Shown one piece after another: positions 53,740-64,000 of a DNA stretch of 64,000 nt (position 1 is its first letter; every line of letters starts with the position of its first letter). The translations under genes were made by a program, and so were the position numbers. The stretch lies in NCBI GenBank assembly GCA_950097015.1, contig CATNEN010000029.1:1922001-1986000 (forward strand), in the 5' to 3' direction. Below the pieces are notes generated by a model that made no database searches, had not been told where the DNA came from, and saw only the letters and a list, made by a program, of their open reading frames with translations. This DNA is from Macrostomum hystrix. Taxonomy: Eukaryota; Animalia; Platyhelminthes.

Positions 53740-54035
53740 AGCAAGACACCCACCCCACTCCACTCCTGCGCAGTCATGTTCATTCTCTTCGCGGTCAGTT
53801 AGCCACCTCACTCCCAGTAAGACACCCACCTCACTCCCCTCCTGCGCAGTCATGTTCATTCTCTTCGAGGTCAGTTAGCCACCTCACTCCCAGTAAGACA
53901 CCCACCTCACTCCCCTCCTGCGCAGTCATGTTCATTCTCTTCGAGGTCAGTTAGCCACCTCACTCCCAGTAAGACACCCACCTCACTCCCCTCCTGCGCA
54001 GTCATGTTCATTCTCTTCGAGGTCAGTTAGCCATG
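53740..54035. repeat. 76-bp tandem repeat, ~3.8 copies
   Basis: cacctcactcccagtaag starts at 53804, 53880 and 53956. Confidence 0.93.
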
Positions 54036-54099
54036 CACCTCGCGCCCATTAAGAAACCCATCCCACACCACTCCACTGAATTTTCTGTTTTATTTTAAA

Positions 54100-54357
54100 C
54101 TAGGGTTGTAGCCTATTTTCGATATCGGGGTGTGCAACAGGTTTGCTTTCGAAGCAATTGACAGGCACTCGTGTGAAAACATTAGAAACAGTAAAGTGTA
54201 CAACAATCAATTTCGAAGAGGTTTTAATGCGGTTCAGCAGCTCAAAATCAGCAATGAAACGTAGGTAAAAAGGTTTCAAAGAACCCGAATTAATATTATT
54301 ATTCATATCGGGATCAATACAACGTTCTGAGAACAGATTTTGTACAAACAGCACCAT
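54100..54357 (-). mobile_element. decayed Penelope-like reverse transcriptase fragment
   Basis: The translation FELLNRIKTSSKLIVVHFTVSNVFTRVPVN resembles the PLE RT motif (ILVSFDVxSLFTNVP), with the catalytic Asp lost. Confidence 0.45.
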
Positions 54358-54658
54358 GTGCTGTGTGACGGCTTAAAGTTTGCTACAAGCAACTCGTTAA
54401 AGGGGACCAGCTGAGGGGATTTATTTAACAAATAAAAACGTGCTACAGTGCCAAAATCTACGTAAGATCACAGCGGGTAAATGCCTGGGATTTGTGCCGA
54501 TCAAGATTTCGTAAAAAAATAAACGTTTTTTTAAACAGAAGCATTCACATTGCCCTAATAAAGATAAGTACAGTGCGCTTCAGTCGCTTGATTGCCATAA
54601 GAAATTGCCGCATGTGTTTAAGAGGCCTACGACATAGGCTAGGCTGCAGGGATTGTCG

Positions 54659-57600
54659 CTACTTCCTCAGATAGAGCTGATGTCCAGGTGAAGGGACAAC
54701 CTTATCGGCTGCGGATTTCAGTATTATCACCGTGCGGTCTGCAATTAGCGAATTTTATATTACATGTAAATGGTAGATTGGGTCTAGCCTATACAGTTCT
54801 ACTGCTATTTATTTTAGCGAACTCCAGACCTCTCGTTTAGAAGTCCGAAGCTCTAACCGCTTAGCTACTAGCTCCCTTAACAGTAAAGATTTCTCTTTTT
54901 TCCGTATCTCCTCAAATATTTAACGAATCGCTTTGAATATCCAGAACACGGCAAAAATTTTCCGCTCAATTCGATTAAACAACTTTCAGAATCACAAAAC
55001 ATCGGCATCGTTGAGAAATTCAACGATTCTTGTCGACGTGTCTGGTGGCAAGAACATTGCAAATGAAAGCATATTTTTTCTGCTCACAAAATTTCATCGT
55101 GTAACCATGTCGGCTATCATTATTAACTATTTTGAATTGATTGAATTGTTTATTTTTCATTTCTGAACCAACACGGATTCGCCAGGGTCTTCGACAAGAA
55201 TCGCTGAATATCTCGCCGATGCTGAGGTCGGACGGCTTTGAAAGTTAGTTCATCGTAAATGGCGGAGAATTTTGATCCAGATGGTAGACTTTCACGAAAA
55301 TCGGTCATTCGGTTTGGGAGCTATTGGAGCTTTGAGGAATAGCCTGGTCTCTCTACTGTCAAGTGCGGACACTCACTGGTCCACGAGCGCTCGGGTGTGA
55401 CCACGAATCCCTGACAGCCGGGTTCCGAGGTGCAGAGCATCCGCGCCTCGGCCAGGCTGTAGGCGGTGACTCGGCACTGGGCGCCGCGCACCGTGTAGCT
55501 GCAGGGATAATCTGAGCCGGCCACTGACGCGTTGGCCACTTGATGGAATGCAGAGGTGACGACCGGCAGGGCTGGAGGATTTCGGTAGTGAGTTTAGATT
55601 CTTTCTGACACGAACCAATCAGCGACTCCCAGATTATTGATCTGGGGTGGGTGAGTTGTAGAGCGGTCTTATGTGTTTGCCTCTCGCATGACTAACGTCC
55701 CTAAACTCGATTCCGCAGCGAGGCCACATTCATTTGGGGCGCAGCAGTGTCTTGTCGTGAAATTTAGACCCTTAAGAGCCAATCATCAAGGCATAGTGAG
55801 AGTGTATACTGCCTGACTATGAGAAAGTCAGGACAGATATTGACACCTGTATGAGTGTGTACGGTACCTGTATGAGCGTGCGCTTGCGGAGTCAGCGAAA
55901 TGGGCAGAATTGTTTCCTCGCTGCCTGCGGGTCTATTGTCACCAAATGTACCAGTGCCCACAGCCTTCCTGCAAACAAACTATTTTTAGAAGAAGTGACT
56001 CCTAAATTTTCTCCGACCAATCAGCGATTCCCAAATTCGCTTTAACCAATCAGTGATATACTAATTAGATCTTGACCAATAATCGGCTTTTATTCGGATT
56101 CTCTGACCAATCAGCTTCGCCTATGAGCTCTCAAATTCGTCCTTTACTAATAAGTTGACTTTAGCCAATTAGCGAATGCCGTGACTCACTTTCTTGACCA
56201 ATCAGTGGATAGAGACCGTCGCTGTAGCGTCGGACGAGCCGACTGATCTCGGCCCCCAGCTGCTGACTGCCGCCGCCGACGTCGCGTCCCGGACGCCGCA
56301 GGTCGCGAACTCCATCGGCGAGGCCCGGCGGAGCGCCATGCTGCAGTAGGAAATTGAAAAATTGTCCACCAGCTCGATGGAGATTGACTCGGTCGTTGTG
56401 TCCCGGACAGGCCCACTGACGGCAGCGGGTGCTGACAATTGGGAGGTCGAAGGTGACATAGATTGCTCATTGGTTGCAGAATAAATAGGTAATAACTGTT
56501 AGGAGTACTGGAAATCACAGTGAGTCTCGCCTCTTATGAGAATGCGTAGAATGTGGATGAGATGCTAAGGATGAGAGTGAAAGGAATAGACTGAGAGTGA
56601 AAGGCATAGACTGAGAGTGAAAGGCATAGACTGAGAGTGAAAGGCATAGACTGAGAGGTGAAAGGCATAGACTGAGAGTGAAAGGCATAGACTGAGAGGC
56701 AAAGGCATAGACTGAGAGTGAAAGGCATAGACTGAGAGGTGAAAGGCATAGACTGAGAGTGAAAGGCATAGACTGAGAGTGAAAGGCATAGACTGAGAGT
56801 GAAAGGCATAGACTGAGAGTGAAAGGCATAGACTGAGAGTGAAAGGCATAGACTGAGAGTGAAAGGCATAGACTGAGAGGCAAAGGCATAGACTGAGAGT
56901 GAAAGGCATAGACTGAGAGGTGAAAGGCATAGACTGAGAGTGAAAGGCATAGACTGAGAGTGAAAGGCATAGACTGAGAGTGAAAGGCATAGACTGAGAG
57001 TGAAAGGCATAGACTGAGAGTGAAAGGCATAGACTGAGAGTGAAAGGCATAGACTGAGAGTGAAAGGCATAGACTGAGAGTGAAAGGCATGGACTGAGAG
57101 TGAAAGGCATAGACTGAGAGTGAAAGGCATAGACTGAGAGTGAAAGGCATGGACTGAGAGTGAAAGGCATAGACTGAGAGTGAAAGGCATAGACTGAGAG
57201 TAAAAGGCATAGACTGAGAGTAAAAGGCATAGACTAAGAGTGAAAGGCAAAGACTGAGTGTGAAGGCCTCACTGAACATAGTTGATCCTGTCGACCTTCT
57301 CGCTGCAGAGTCCTTCGCTCGCGCTGCACTCTGGCAATCGCCTGTCGAGGTCGTCCAAGTCGATGAGCTTCAGCCGGCCGCCGCTCGTCAACGCGAATTG
57401 GCCGCGGCGAAAGTCACGCAGAGCCAGCGAGCCGACAGACGAAGAGTGCAGGTTACTGAGCAGCATGCTCAGGTCCGAAGCAATCTGTGACGATGTGGGC
57501 ACAATTCTATTGTAGCTCTCTGATCCAAATTGCTGCTGCATACTACTTTCAGCGTAATAGCGAATGCAGAAATAGTTTGCATACGCCATCCCCGATTCTT

Positions 57601-60600
57601 ACCCGAAGCCGGTCATCCCAGCCCATCTGCAGAAGGCCCACAATGTCCAATGGGCTGCCAACTTCGGTGGCGATGTAGAAATCTTGCTGGGACAGGCACC
57701 AGGCTTTTAACTGCGGGATGGTGACAAATGAGTCTTAATTGTCATTCATTCATTCATTCATTCATTCATTCATCCATTTATTCATTAATTAATTAATTAA
57801 TTAATTCATTCATTCATTCATTTATTCATTCATCCATTCATCCATTTATTCATTCATTTATTAATTCATTCATTCATTCATTCATTCATTCATTCATTCA
57901 TTCATTCATTCATTCATTCATTCATTCATTCATTCATTCATTCATTCATTCATTCATTCATTCATTCATTCATTCATTCATCCATTTATTCATTCATTTA
58001 TTTATTAATTCATTCATTCATTCATTCATTCATTCATTCATTCATTCATTCATTCATTCATTCATTCATTCATCCATTTATTCATTCATTTATTAATTAA
58101 TTAATTAATTAATTCATTCATTCATTCATTCATTCATTATTTCATTCATTCATCCATTCATTCATTTATTTATTCATTCATTCATTCATTCATTCATTCA
58201 TACAGGTTGCGCAGTTGCACATATTTTTTGACTTGCCAATCATAATGAATCCAAGACAGAGCTAAAAGGGGATTGTAATCCTATACACACAGGTAAGAGG
58301 GTTATCTCTGCCAGTATTAATAACTTGATGCCCATCGCAAAGAAATTCCCTATTTCTCACAACCCATTTAAGGGAGACATCGATCTGGCCCTCGCGTGTG
58401 GGTCAGTACAGGATGCAGCGATGATTCAGCCCAGGTGATTAAGTTGTTCCTATATTTTCTCCTCATTTCGCCTGTCCCTCAACAATGTGGACCCGCGGTT
58501 GGGACAAATTAATTTCCCTATATATGGTGAAGGCCTGGCTTGACAACTGCAGAGAAATGACGCATTCCTAGAAAAAATAGACACCCTCAGCACTTCGCGA
58601 GCGGATTCGAACCAATGCCCATTCTGTGAGAGGGTCTCACAGAATGCTACTCAGAATTTGTACTCTTTATACTCACATAATAACAAAGAGCTCATGAATC
58701 AGCCAGCATTACTGTATGGGCTGATAAATTGCTTTTGTTACTAATCGATTGGACGCACGCAGACGCAGACTGTAGAAGAATAATCTTGAGCCGTGCATGC
58801 CTAAGCTGAGGGGTGAGTAATTTCTAGACTGGGACGAGAACAAATGTGAGGAGTTAAAATCCAAAGTGAGAGTGACGTGACAGACAGCTGCAGGAGTTCA
58901 GGCACTTGTCTGTACGTCAGGGGAGTGGCCAAAAGAGTGTGTGGAAAACTATTTTTTGCTTAAAAAATGCGTCATCTCACTGAGCACAGTACAGCCATGT
59001 AGCGACGGGCGCTTACACTGTTCTCAACTATGCATTCGTCACTACACTATACTCAGAACAGCAGCTTTGCATCAAGATAGAGCTTCCTGTTGAGTATAGG
59101 GAAAGCTAGCTAAAATAAAGCCTTCTATATACTCGTACTTAAGCATATTGAAACTTTGAGACAGTAAGCGTGTCCCCCTGAAGCCTTGCCTTAACTCGTA
59201 GATTGTGGGCGGCGGTTTGGGGAGAGATATTGATCCCAGCAGCGGGATTTGATGGGAAGAGAGAAGGAAGGCGGGAAGACGTTTCCGCTCCAAACTGAAG
59301 CAGGTTGATGAGTAGAAAGCTGAGGTGGGGGTGCCAGTAATCTTAGGGAAGGGGAATAATCAGACCCGAGCCGTCAGATCGATATAGTCTTAGTCGATGA
59401 ATAAGAATTTCAGCCCCGCGTCACTCAAATCCCCGGGACCTCCCCGCCAGATGCATTTGCTCACCTCTGTCTATATCGCACCTATATATTCTCCCATTCT
59501 CCCATTCTGCTTTTCTTTCTTAACACCTGCGCTGCTGCTGCTGCTGCTCCTCCACCTCTTCCCCGACTATCCTTCCGCATTCCCAATCGCTCATGCGTTT
59601 CGTCATCCTACTCCTCCTCCTCCTATAGTTGACAATTCTGGTTCCCATGGAAGTTGCATTAAAGTGTGGTGGAGGTTGGGATGGGTGCCCGTGAGAGTTG
59701 TTAGCGTCCTCCACCCCATACTCTACTCACACAGTCTGCTCTAATAGACACAGTTTCCTTCCTCTCAGCTATTAGGCTGGCCGGGTTGGCACGACATCGG
59801 GGTCTGGCCAGGTCCGCGGACCAACGATGTTTAGAATGGGGCGGGCGGCTAGCTGAAGGGGACCAGTTTCATTTTCGCTAATTGACTGCATTGTTCAACT
59901 GGGACTGCGGCTAACAGAGAAGTAGGACGGAAGAGGCGGATAGTGAGTGGGCCTTGAGTACTGGCTACGGCTTTGTATTGCAGCAATTCTATGGGTGGAG
60001 CCTCTCGTTCCAGCATCTGCTTCCCTCTTTCAGAGCCATCAGCTGTTCTGGCTGCGACTCTCTTGAAATTCTTCTCCTGCAGTCTGTCTCTAAAGCAGCA
60101 TTTTCTGTTGCAATTTAATTCTTAGAGACATAAACTATGCTCAGAAATCTGCACTGTTTACGGGAAGGAGAGCTAGCGAGAGTGAGATGTGAAGGAGAGA
60201 GGAGAGAGAGGGAGGGAGAGAGAGGACCTCCAATCTGACGCGGTAAAGAAGAAGTGCAGACATTAAATTTAAATTTGCCGATATTTCTAATATTTAAGGA
60301 GAGGGAGAGAGAGAGGGAGAGAGAGGAAGAGAGAGGAAGAGAGAGGGAGAGGGAGAGAGGGGGAGAGAGAGGAGAGCACCTTCAATCCCAGGCACTGACG
60401 CAGTAAAGAGTTAAAGCTGACTTTAATTTTAATTTTGCCGATATTTCGAATTAAAATTCTTCGTCAGGGCAGAAAAAAGCGAATTTTATTTGGCGTGATA
60501 GGCTGTGTATATATAAAGTTTTAAATGCCGATAAAAATCGATAGAAAGAGAGAGAGAGAGCTCAATAGTGTAAAACCCTAGTAAGTACATTATGATGGGT

Positions 60601-63600
60601 CAAAAACTCTAAGAAAAGCGGGGTTGGTGTTTAAAACTGTACAGGGAGGGAGAAAGAGGAAGAGAGAGGGAGAGGGAGAGGGAGAGGGAGAGAGGGAGAG
60701 AGGAAGAGAGAGGAAGAGAGAGAGAGGGAGAAAGAGGAAGAGAGAGGGAGAGAGGAAGAGAGAGGAAAAGAGAGAGGGAGAAAGAGGAAGAGAGAGGGAG
60801 AGGGAGAGAGAGAGGAAGAGGGAGGGAGAGGGAGAGCGGAAGAGAGAGGGAGAGAGAGGAAGAGGGAGGGAGAGGGAGAGGGAGAGCGGAAGAGAGAGGG
60901 AGAGAGAGGAAGAGAGAGGGAGAGGGAGAGCGGAAGAGAGAGGGAGAGAGAGGAAGAGGGAGGGAGAGGGAGAGGGAGAGCGGAAGAGAGAGGGAGAGGG
61001 AGAGAGAGAGGGAGAGAGAGGAAGAGAGAGGGAGAGGGAGAGCGGAAGAGAGAGGGAGAGAGAGGAAGACGGAGGGAGAGGGAGAGGGAGAGCGGAAGAG
61101 AGAGGGAGAGAGAGGAAGAGGGAGGGAGAGGGAGATAGGAAGAGAGAGGAAGAGGGAGGGAGAGGGAGATAGGAAGAGAGAGGAAGAGGGAGGGGGAGGG
61201 AGATAGGAAGAGAGAGGCAGAGGGAGGGAGAGGGAGAGGGAAAGCGGAAGAGAGCGGAAGAGAGAGGAAGAGAGAGAAAGAGAGAGGGAGAAAGAGAAAG
61301 AGAGAGGGAGAGGGAGAGAGGGAGAGAGAGGGAGAGAGAGGGAGAGAGAGGGAGAGAGAGTGAGAGAGGAAGGGAGAGGGAGAGAGAGCAGAGTACCAGT
61401 GAGGCGGTGAAGAAGAAGCGCACACAGAGTTTTATTAAAATGTGCCGATGTATCGAAAATGTTTTCAATTCCTTCGTCCGGGCAGAGGGAGAGAGGTAGC
61501 AAGGGGAGAGAGGGAGAGAGAGAGGGAGAGAGGAGACTGGAGAGAGGTGGAACAGAGTGTGGGTTGTAGAGTGTGGGAGCGTGGGATTGGAAAGAGAGCA
61601 GCAGAATATAGAATGCGAAAGCAAATACTAGCAAAGAAAGAGAGAAATGATAGTGCCAGAGAAACCACAGCTTCACTTCTCCCCCCTGGTCTCTATAATA
61701 AGGGGAGCCCCATCAAAACTGCATGACATAAAAATTGCTGATTAGAATCTCGTCTTCAATCTGTCTCTGTAGCCTCGATATAGCAGTCACATACAGAGCC
61801 AATTCGGTAATAATCTGATTCAACTGAAGCAGAGGCTTGTTTCCATAGGGGGAGCCAAGCCGTGTTTCGTGGACGCCCGTGTCGCCGCAAATTAAGTTTT
61901 AGATAGGCCATCCATTGCACAGCACAATGTGCCGTGTGGGGTCCAATTATTAGTGAGATTTACTGCGTGGCCTCATCTTTAAACTCTTGAATGTCTCCTT
62001 GGCTAGGGAGCCGGTGGGAGGCGCTACTGAATGCCACTCACAACTCTGAGAGATCCTTACTATTCATTCTTGAATCTTCTCTGAGTAACACTTTACACGG
62101 AGATTGAGAAGGCTTCTAGACAGTAATGCTGCTTGAGTCCATTACTCAAACGAAGCTTTAGAAAGCTAGCATAGTGCTAAACAGAGGCGGGACCACATGC
62201 GCTTACACAGGTAGACAGCCTGCGGTGTCATGCTGAGACTTATTAGAAGCCTACTACTTATACATAGTATTTTTATACTGAGAAGCCACACGTTCCATTA
62301 AGTTCAGCTTGGATGGAGTGAAATAGTAGCCTTATATGCAGTCTGTCTCCAGAGCATAAAAGTGAATGAAAACAAAACTAATAATGCAATTTGTCTAGTT
62401 TTTTTATTTCGCTGAGTATTTTGCCTATCTTGCTAGCTATTAAGAGGAGCGAAGTAAGTGAATGATTAATGGTTTCGCTTACGAAGATGGCTTGTGGGCG
62501 GAATGGGTAATGCGTTTTACCGTGCGAGTGGAACAGTAATAATAATATTTTCATCGGACTTGCCACTAGAATTTAGCTCTAAGTGGCAATATAAGCGGGG
62601 CTCTTAATGCTCATTGTATCACCAGAAATTTCTCGAGTCATAGTTGTACCACCTGACACCATCTAGAGTCATGTTTGTACCACCTGAAGCACATAGAGTC
62701 ACGTTAGTACCAGCTGACACATCTAGAGCCACGTTAGTACCACCTGACACATCTAGAGTCACGTTAGTACCACCTGACACATCTAGAGTCGTGCTTGTAC
62801 CACCTGACGCATCTAGAGTCACGTTAGTACCACCTGACACATCTAGAGTCATTTTAGTACCACCTGACACATCTAGAGTCATGTTTGTACCACCTGACAC
62901 ATCTAGAGTCATGTTTGTACCACCTGACACATCTAGAGTCATGTTAGTACCACCTGAAGCACCTAGAGTCATGTTTGTACCACCTGACACATCTAGAGTC
63001 ACGTTAGTACTACCTGAAGCACCTAGAGTCATGTTAGAACCACCTGACACATCTAGAGTCATGTTAGTACCACCTGACACATCTAGAGTCATGTTAGAAC
63101 CACCTGACACATCTAGAGTCATTCAACGCCTCACCTTTACAATGCCTTCAGCGCCGTCCAGAGCCTGCAGGAAGACCAGTTCACGCAGGAATTTGGCAGC
63201 CAGCTGGCGGTAGCAGCCGGCCGTGTCGCCAAGACGACTGCGGAGGCAGTCCAGCATGTCGCGACCTCCGCGATGCGGCCGCTTCAAAGCCACCGTCTCG
63301 CCAGTGTCGGCGTCAGCGGCTAGTTGAGTCGCCTTGCTCCAGCCGGCGCCGAGAGGCCGCAGCGAGCGGTAGCGCCGGCGACAGTTCGATTCTAGCAGCC
63401 GACGTTCGAGCTGACGGCGTTGCGCTTCGTTGCTGACAATGTCCAACAGCGCAGCCGCATATAGCTCAGACAGGCTTGTCGCCAAATCCATTCTCGGCTC
63501 AGCTGGGTCGTGAGGTGGCGTCAAGGACGACGAGGCGAACCCCAGCGACCGTGTCGCCTCTTCGCCCGCGAATTGATGACAAAGCAGCAGGCCCAGCAGG

Positions 63601-63692
63601 CCCAGCAGGCTCACAATGATCAACAGGAGGCTAGTGATGACCGCGACAGCTAGAGCCTGCACCGCAGGACGACGCGACTGCACCTCGCCCAT
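54659..63692 (-). CDS. PKDCC: secretory-pathway (extracellular tyrosine) kinase PKDCC/VLK homolog, 6 exons (464 aa)
   Basis: Phase-consistent exons: 63692-63135, 57710-57603, 57484-57273, 56431-56190, 55571-55377, 54738-54659. It has an N-terminal signal anchor, LGAGWSKA, VALKRP, KFLRELVFL, GWDDRLRIASDL, GSLALRDFRRGQF, LIDLDD, CPGHNDRVNL...FFNFLL and a C-terminal Cys-containing domain (DYPC...CQGFVVT..SW), all collinear with recalled human PKDCC. Confidence 0.9.
54816..54875 (-). mobile_element. tRNA-like (Arg-TCT-like) SINE head fragment in PKDCC intron 5
   Basis: The minus strand reads ggagctagtagctaagcggttagagcttcggacttctaaacgagaggtctggagttcg, then breaks off; it does not form an intact cloverleaf. 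Confidence 0.5.
54950..55290. mobile_element. foldback/MITE-like element with ~100-bp imperfect inverted arms (PKDCC intron 5)
   Basis: 54951-55050 aligns with the reverse complement of ~55185-55285 (shared aactttca, gcatcg, gaga-attca-cgattcttgtcga). Confidence 0.7.
55640..55975 (+). mobile_element. SINE family A full-length copy (PKDCC intron 4)
   Basis: Homologous head, hairpin and 3' tail to the 22360-22700 copy. Confidence 0.78.
56570..57260. repeat. 20-bp minisatellite (gactgagagtgaaaggcata) filling PKDCC intron 3
   Basis: About 34 units; source of the SQSMPFT and LSVYAFH ORFs. Confidence 0.97.
57745..58240. repeat. (ATTC)n microsatellite near the PKDCC exon 2 acceptor
   Basis: Directly visible. 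Confidence 0.98.
60180..61540. repeat. polypurine (GA/GGGAGA) low-complexity tracts in PKDCC intron 1
   Basis: A nearly pure purine tract of about 740 bp at 60645-61385, plus shorter tracts. Confidence 0.95.
62630..63120. repeat. 30-bp minisatellite adjacent to the PKDCC exon 1 donor
   Basis: About 16 units of gtaccacctgacacatctagagtcatgtta. Confidence 0.96.
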
Positions 63693-63799
63693 TGCTTCTG
63701 GGATGGTGGGAGAATGGGCGCGTGATTAAAAGCCAAGCTGAAAAACTATCCCCAATCTTTACTCGTAACCCTCACGCCTTTTAGCACCACCTTCCGTGT

Positions 63800-64000
63800 C
63801 TTATCTGTCTTCCTCTGTCTCACCTGTCTTTCTCTGTCTCACCTGTCTTTCTCTGTCTTACCTGTCTTCCTCTGTCTCACCTGTCTTTCTCTGTCTCACC
63901 TGTCTTTCTCTGTCTCGCCTGTCTTTCTCTGTCTCACCTGTCTCATCTGTCTCATCTGTCTCATCTGTCTCATCCGTCTCCCTCTGTCTCATCTGTCTCA
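63800..64000. repeat. pyrimidine-rich ~19-bp and 10-bp tandem repeats running off the window edge
   Basis: ctgtctttctctgtctcac and tctcatctgt units. Confidence 0.9.

Noticed and set aside
54816-54875. Intact tRNA-Arg gene
   Set aside because: The anticodon stem does not pair, and the T-arm and acceptor 3' half are missing; treated as a SINE head.
60590-61676. Leu/Ser/Pro-rich and Arg/Glu/Gly-rich ORFs
   Set aside because: These are translations of GA microsatellite tracts.
59070-62350. Possible retrotransposon gag/pol remnants in PKDCC intron 1
   Set aside because: Frames are broken by many stops and no diagnostic motif was recognised; this needs a profile search.
62388-62398. U7 snRNA Sm site AATTTGTCTAG
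   Set aside because: It has no 3' hairpin after it and no HDE-complementary 5' region; probably a chance match.

Overview
This is animal genomic DNA with GT-AG spliceosomal introns, GC-rich exons in AT-rich introns, and very many minisatellites. The style resembles free-living flatworm genomes such as Macrostomum, which is inference only. Six protein-coding genes could be reconstructed by hand, with exon phases checked for the five spliced ones: intronless H2A.X (-, C-terminal SQEF, histone stem-loop), a CEP128-like coiled-coil centriolar protein (-, 7 exons), branched-chain aminotransferase (-, 3 coding exons), SEC31 (+, 8 exons), PI4-kinase beta (+, 4 exons) and the secretory-pathway kinase PKDCC/VLK (-, 6 exons). 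Roughly a quarter of the window is tandem repeat with 4-114 bp units, some with higher-order structure. There are also two tRNA-derived SINE families, several MITE-like elements, a Helentron-like end and a decayed Penelope-like RT fragment. No CRISPR array, rRNA or intact tRNA was seen, and most long ORFs in the supplied track are repeat artefacts or antisense shadows of exons. The most unusual observations are: (1) an orphan histone stem-loop on the + strand behind a divergent CCAAT/TATA promoter next to H2A.X, with no histone ORF between; (2) minisatellites whose units resemble adjacent PKDCC exon-intron junctions, including a 37-copy CCAAT-box array homologous to PKDCC intron 4; (3) a conserved hairpin in a SINE body; (4) an array of about 150 copies whose unit contains a perfect bacterial DnaA box. 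No fully novel multi-gene system could be supported from the sequence alone.
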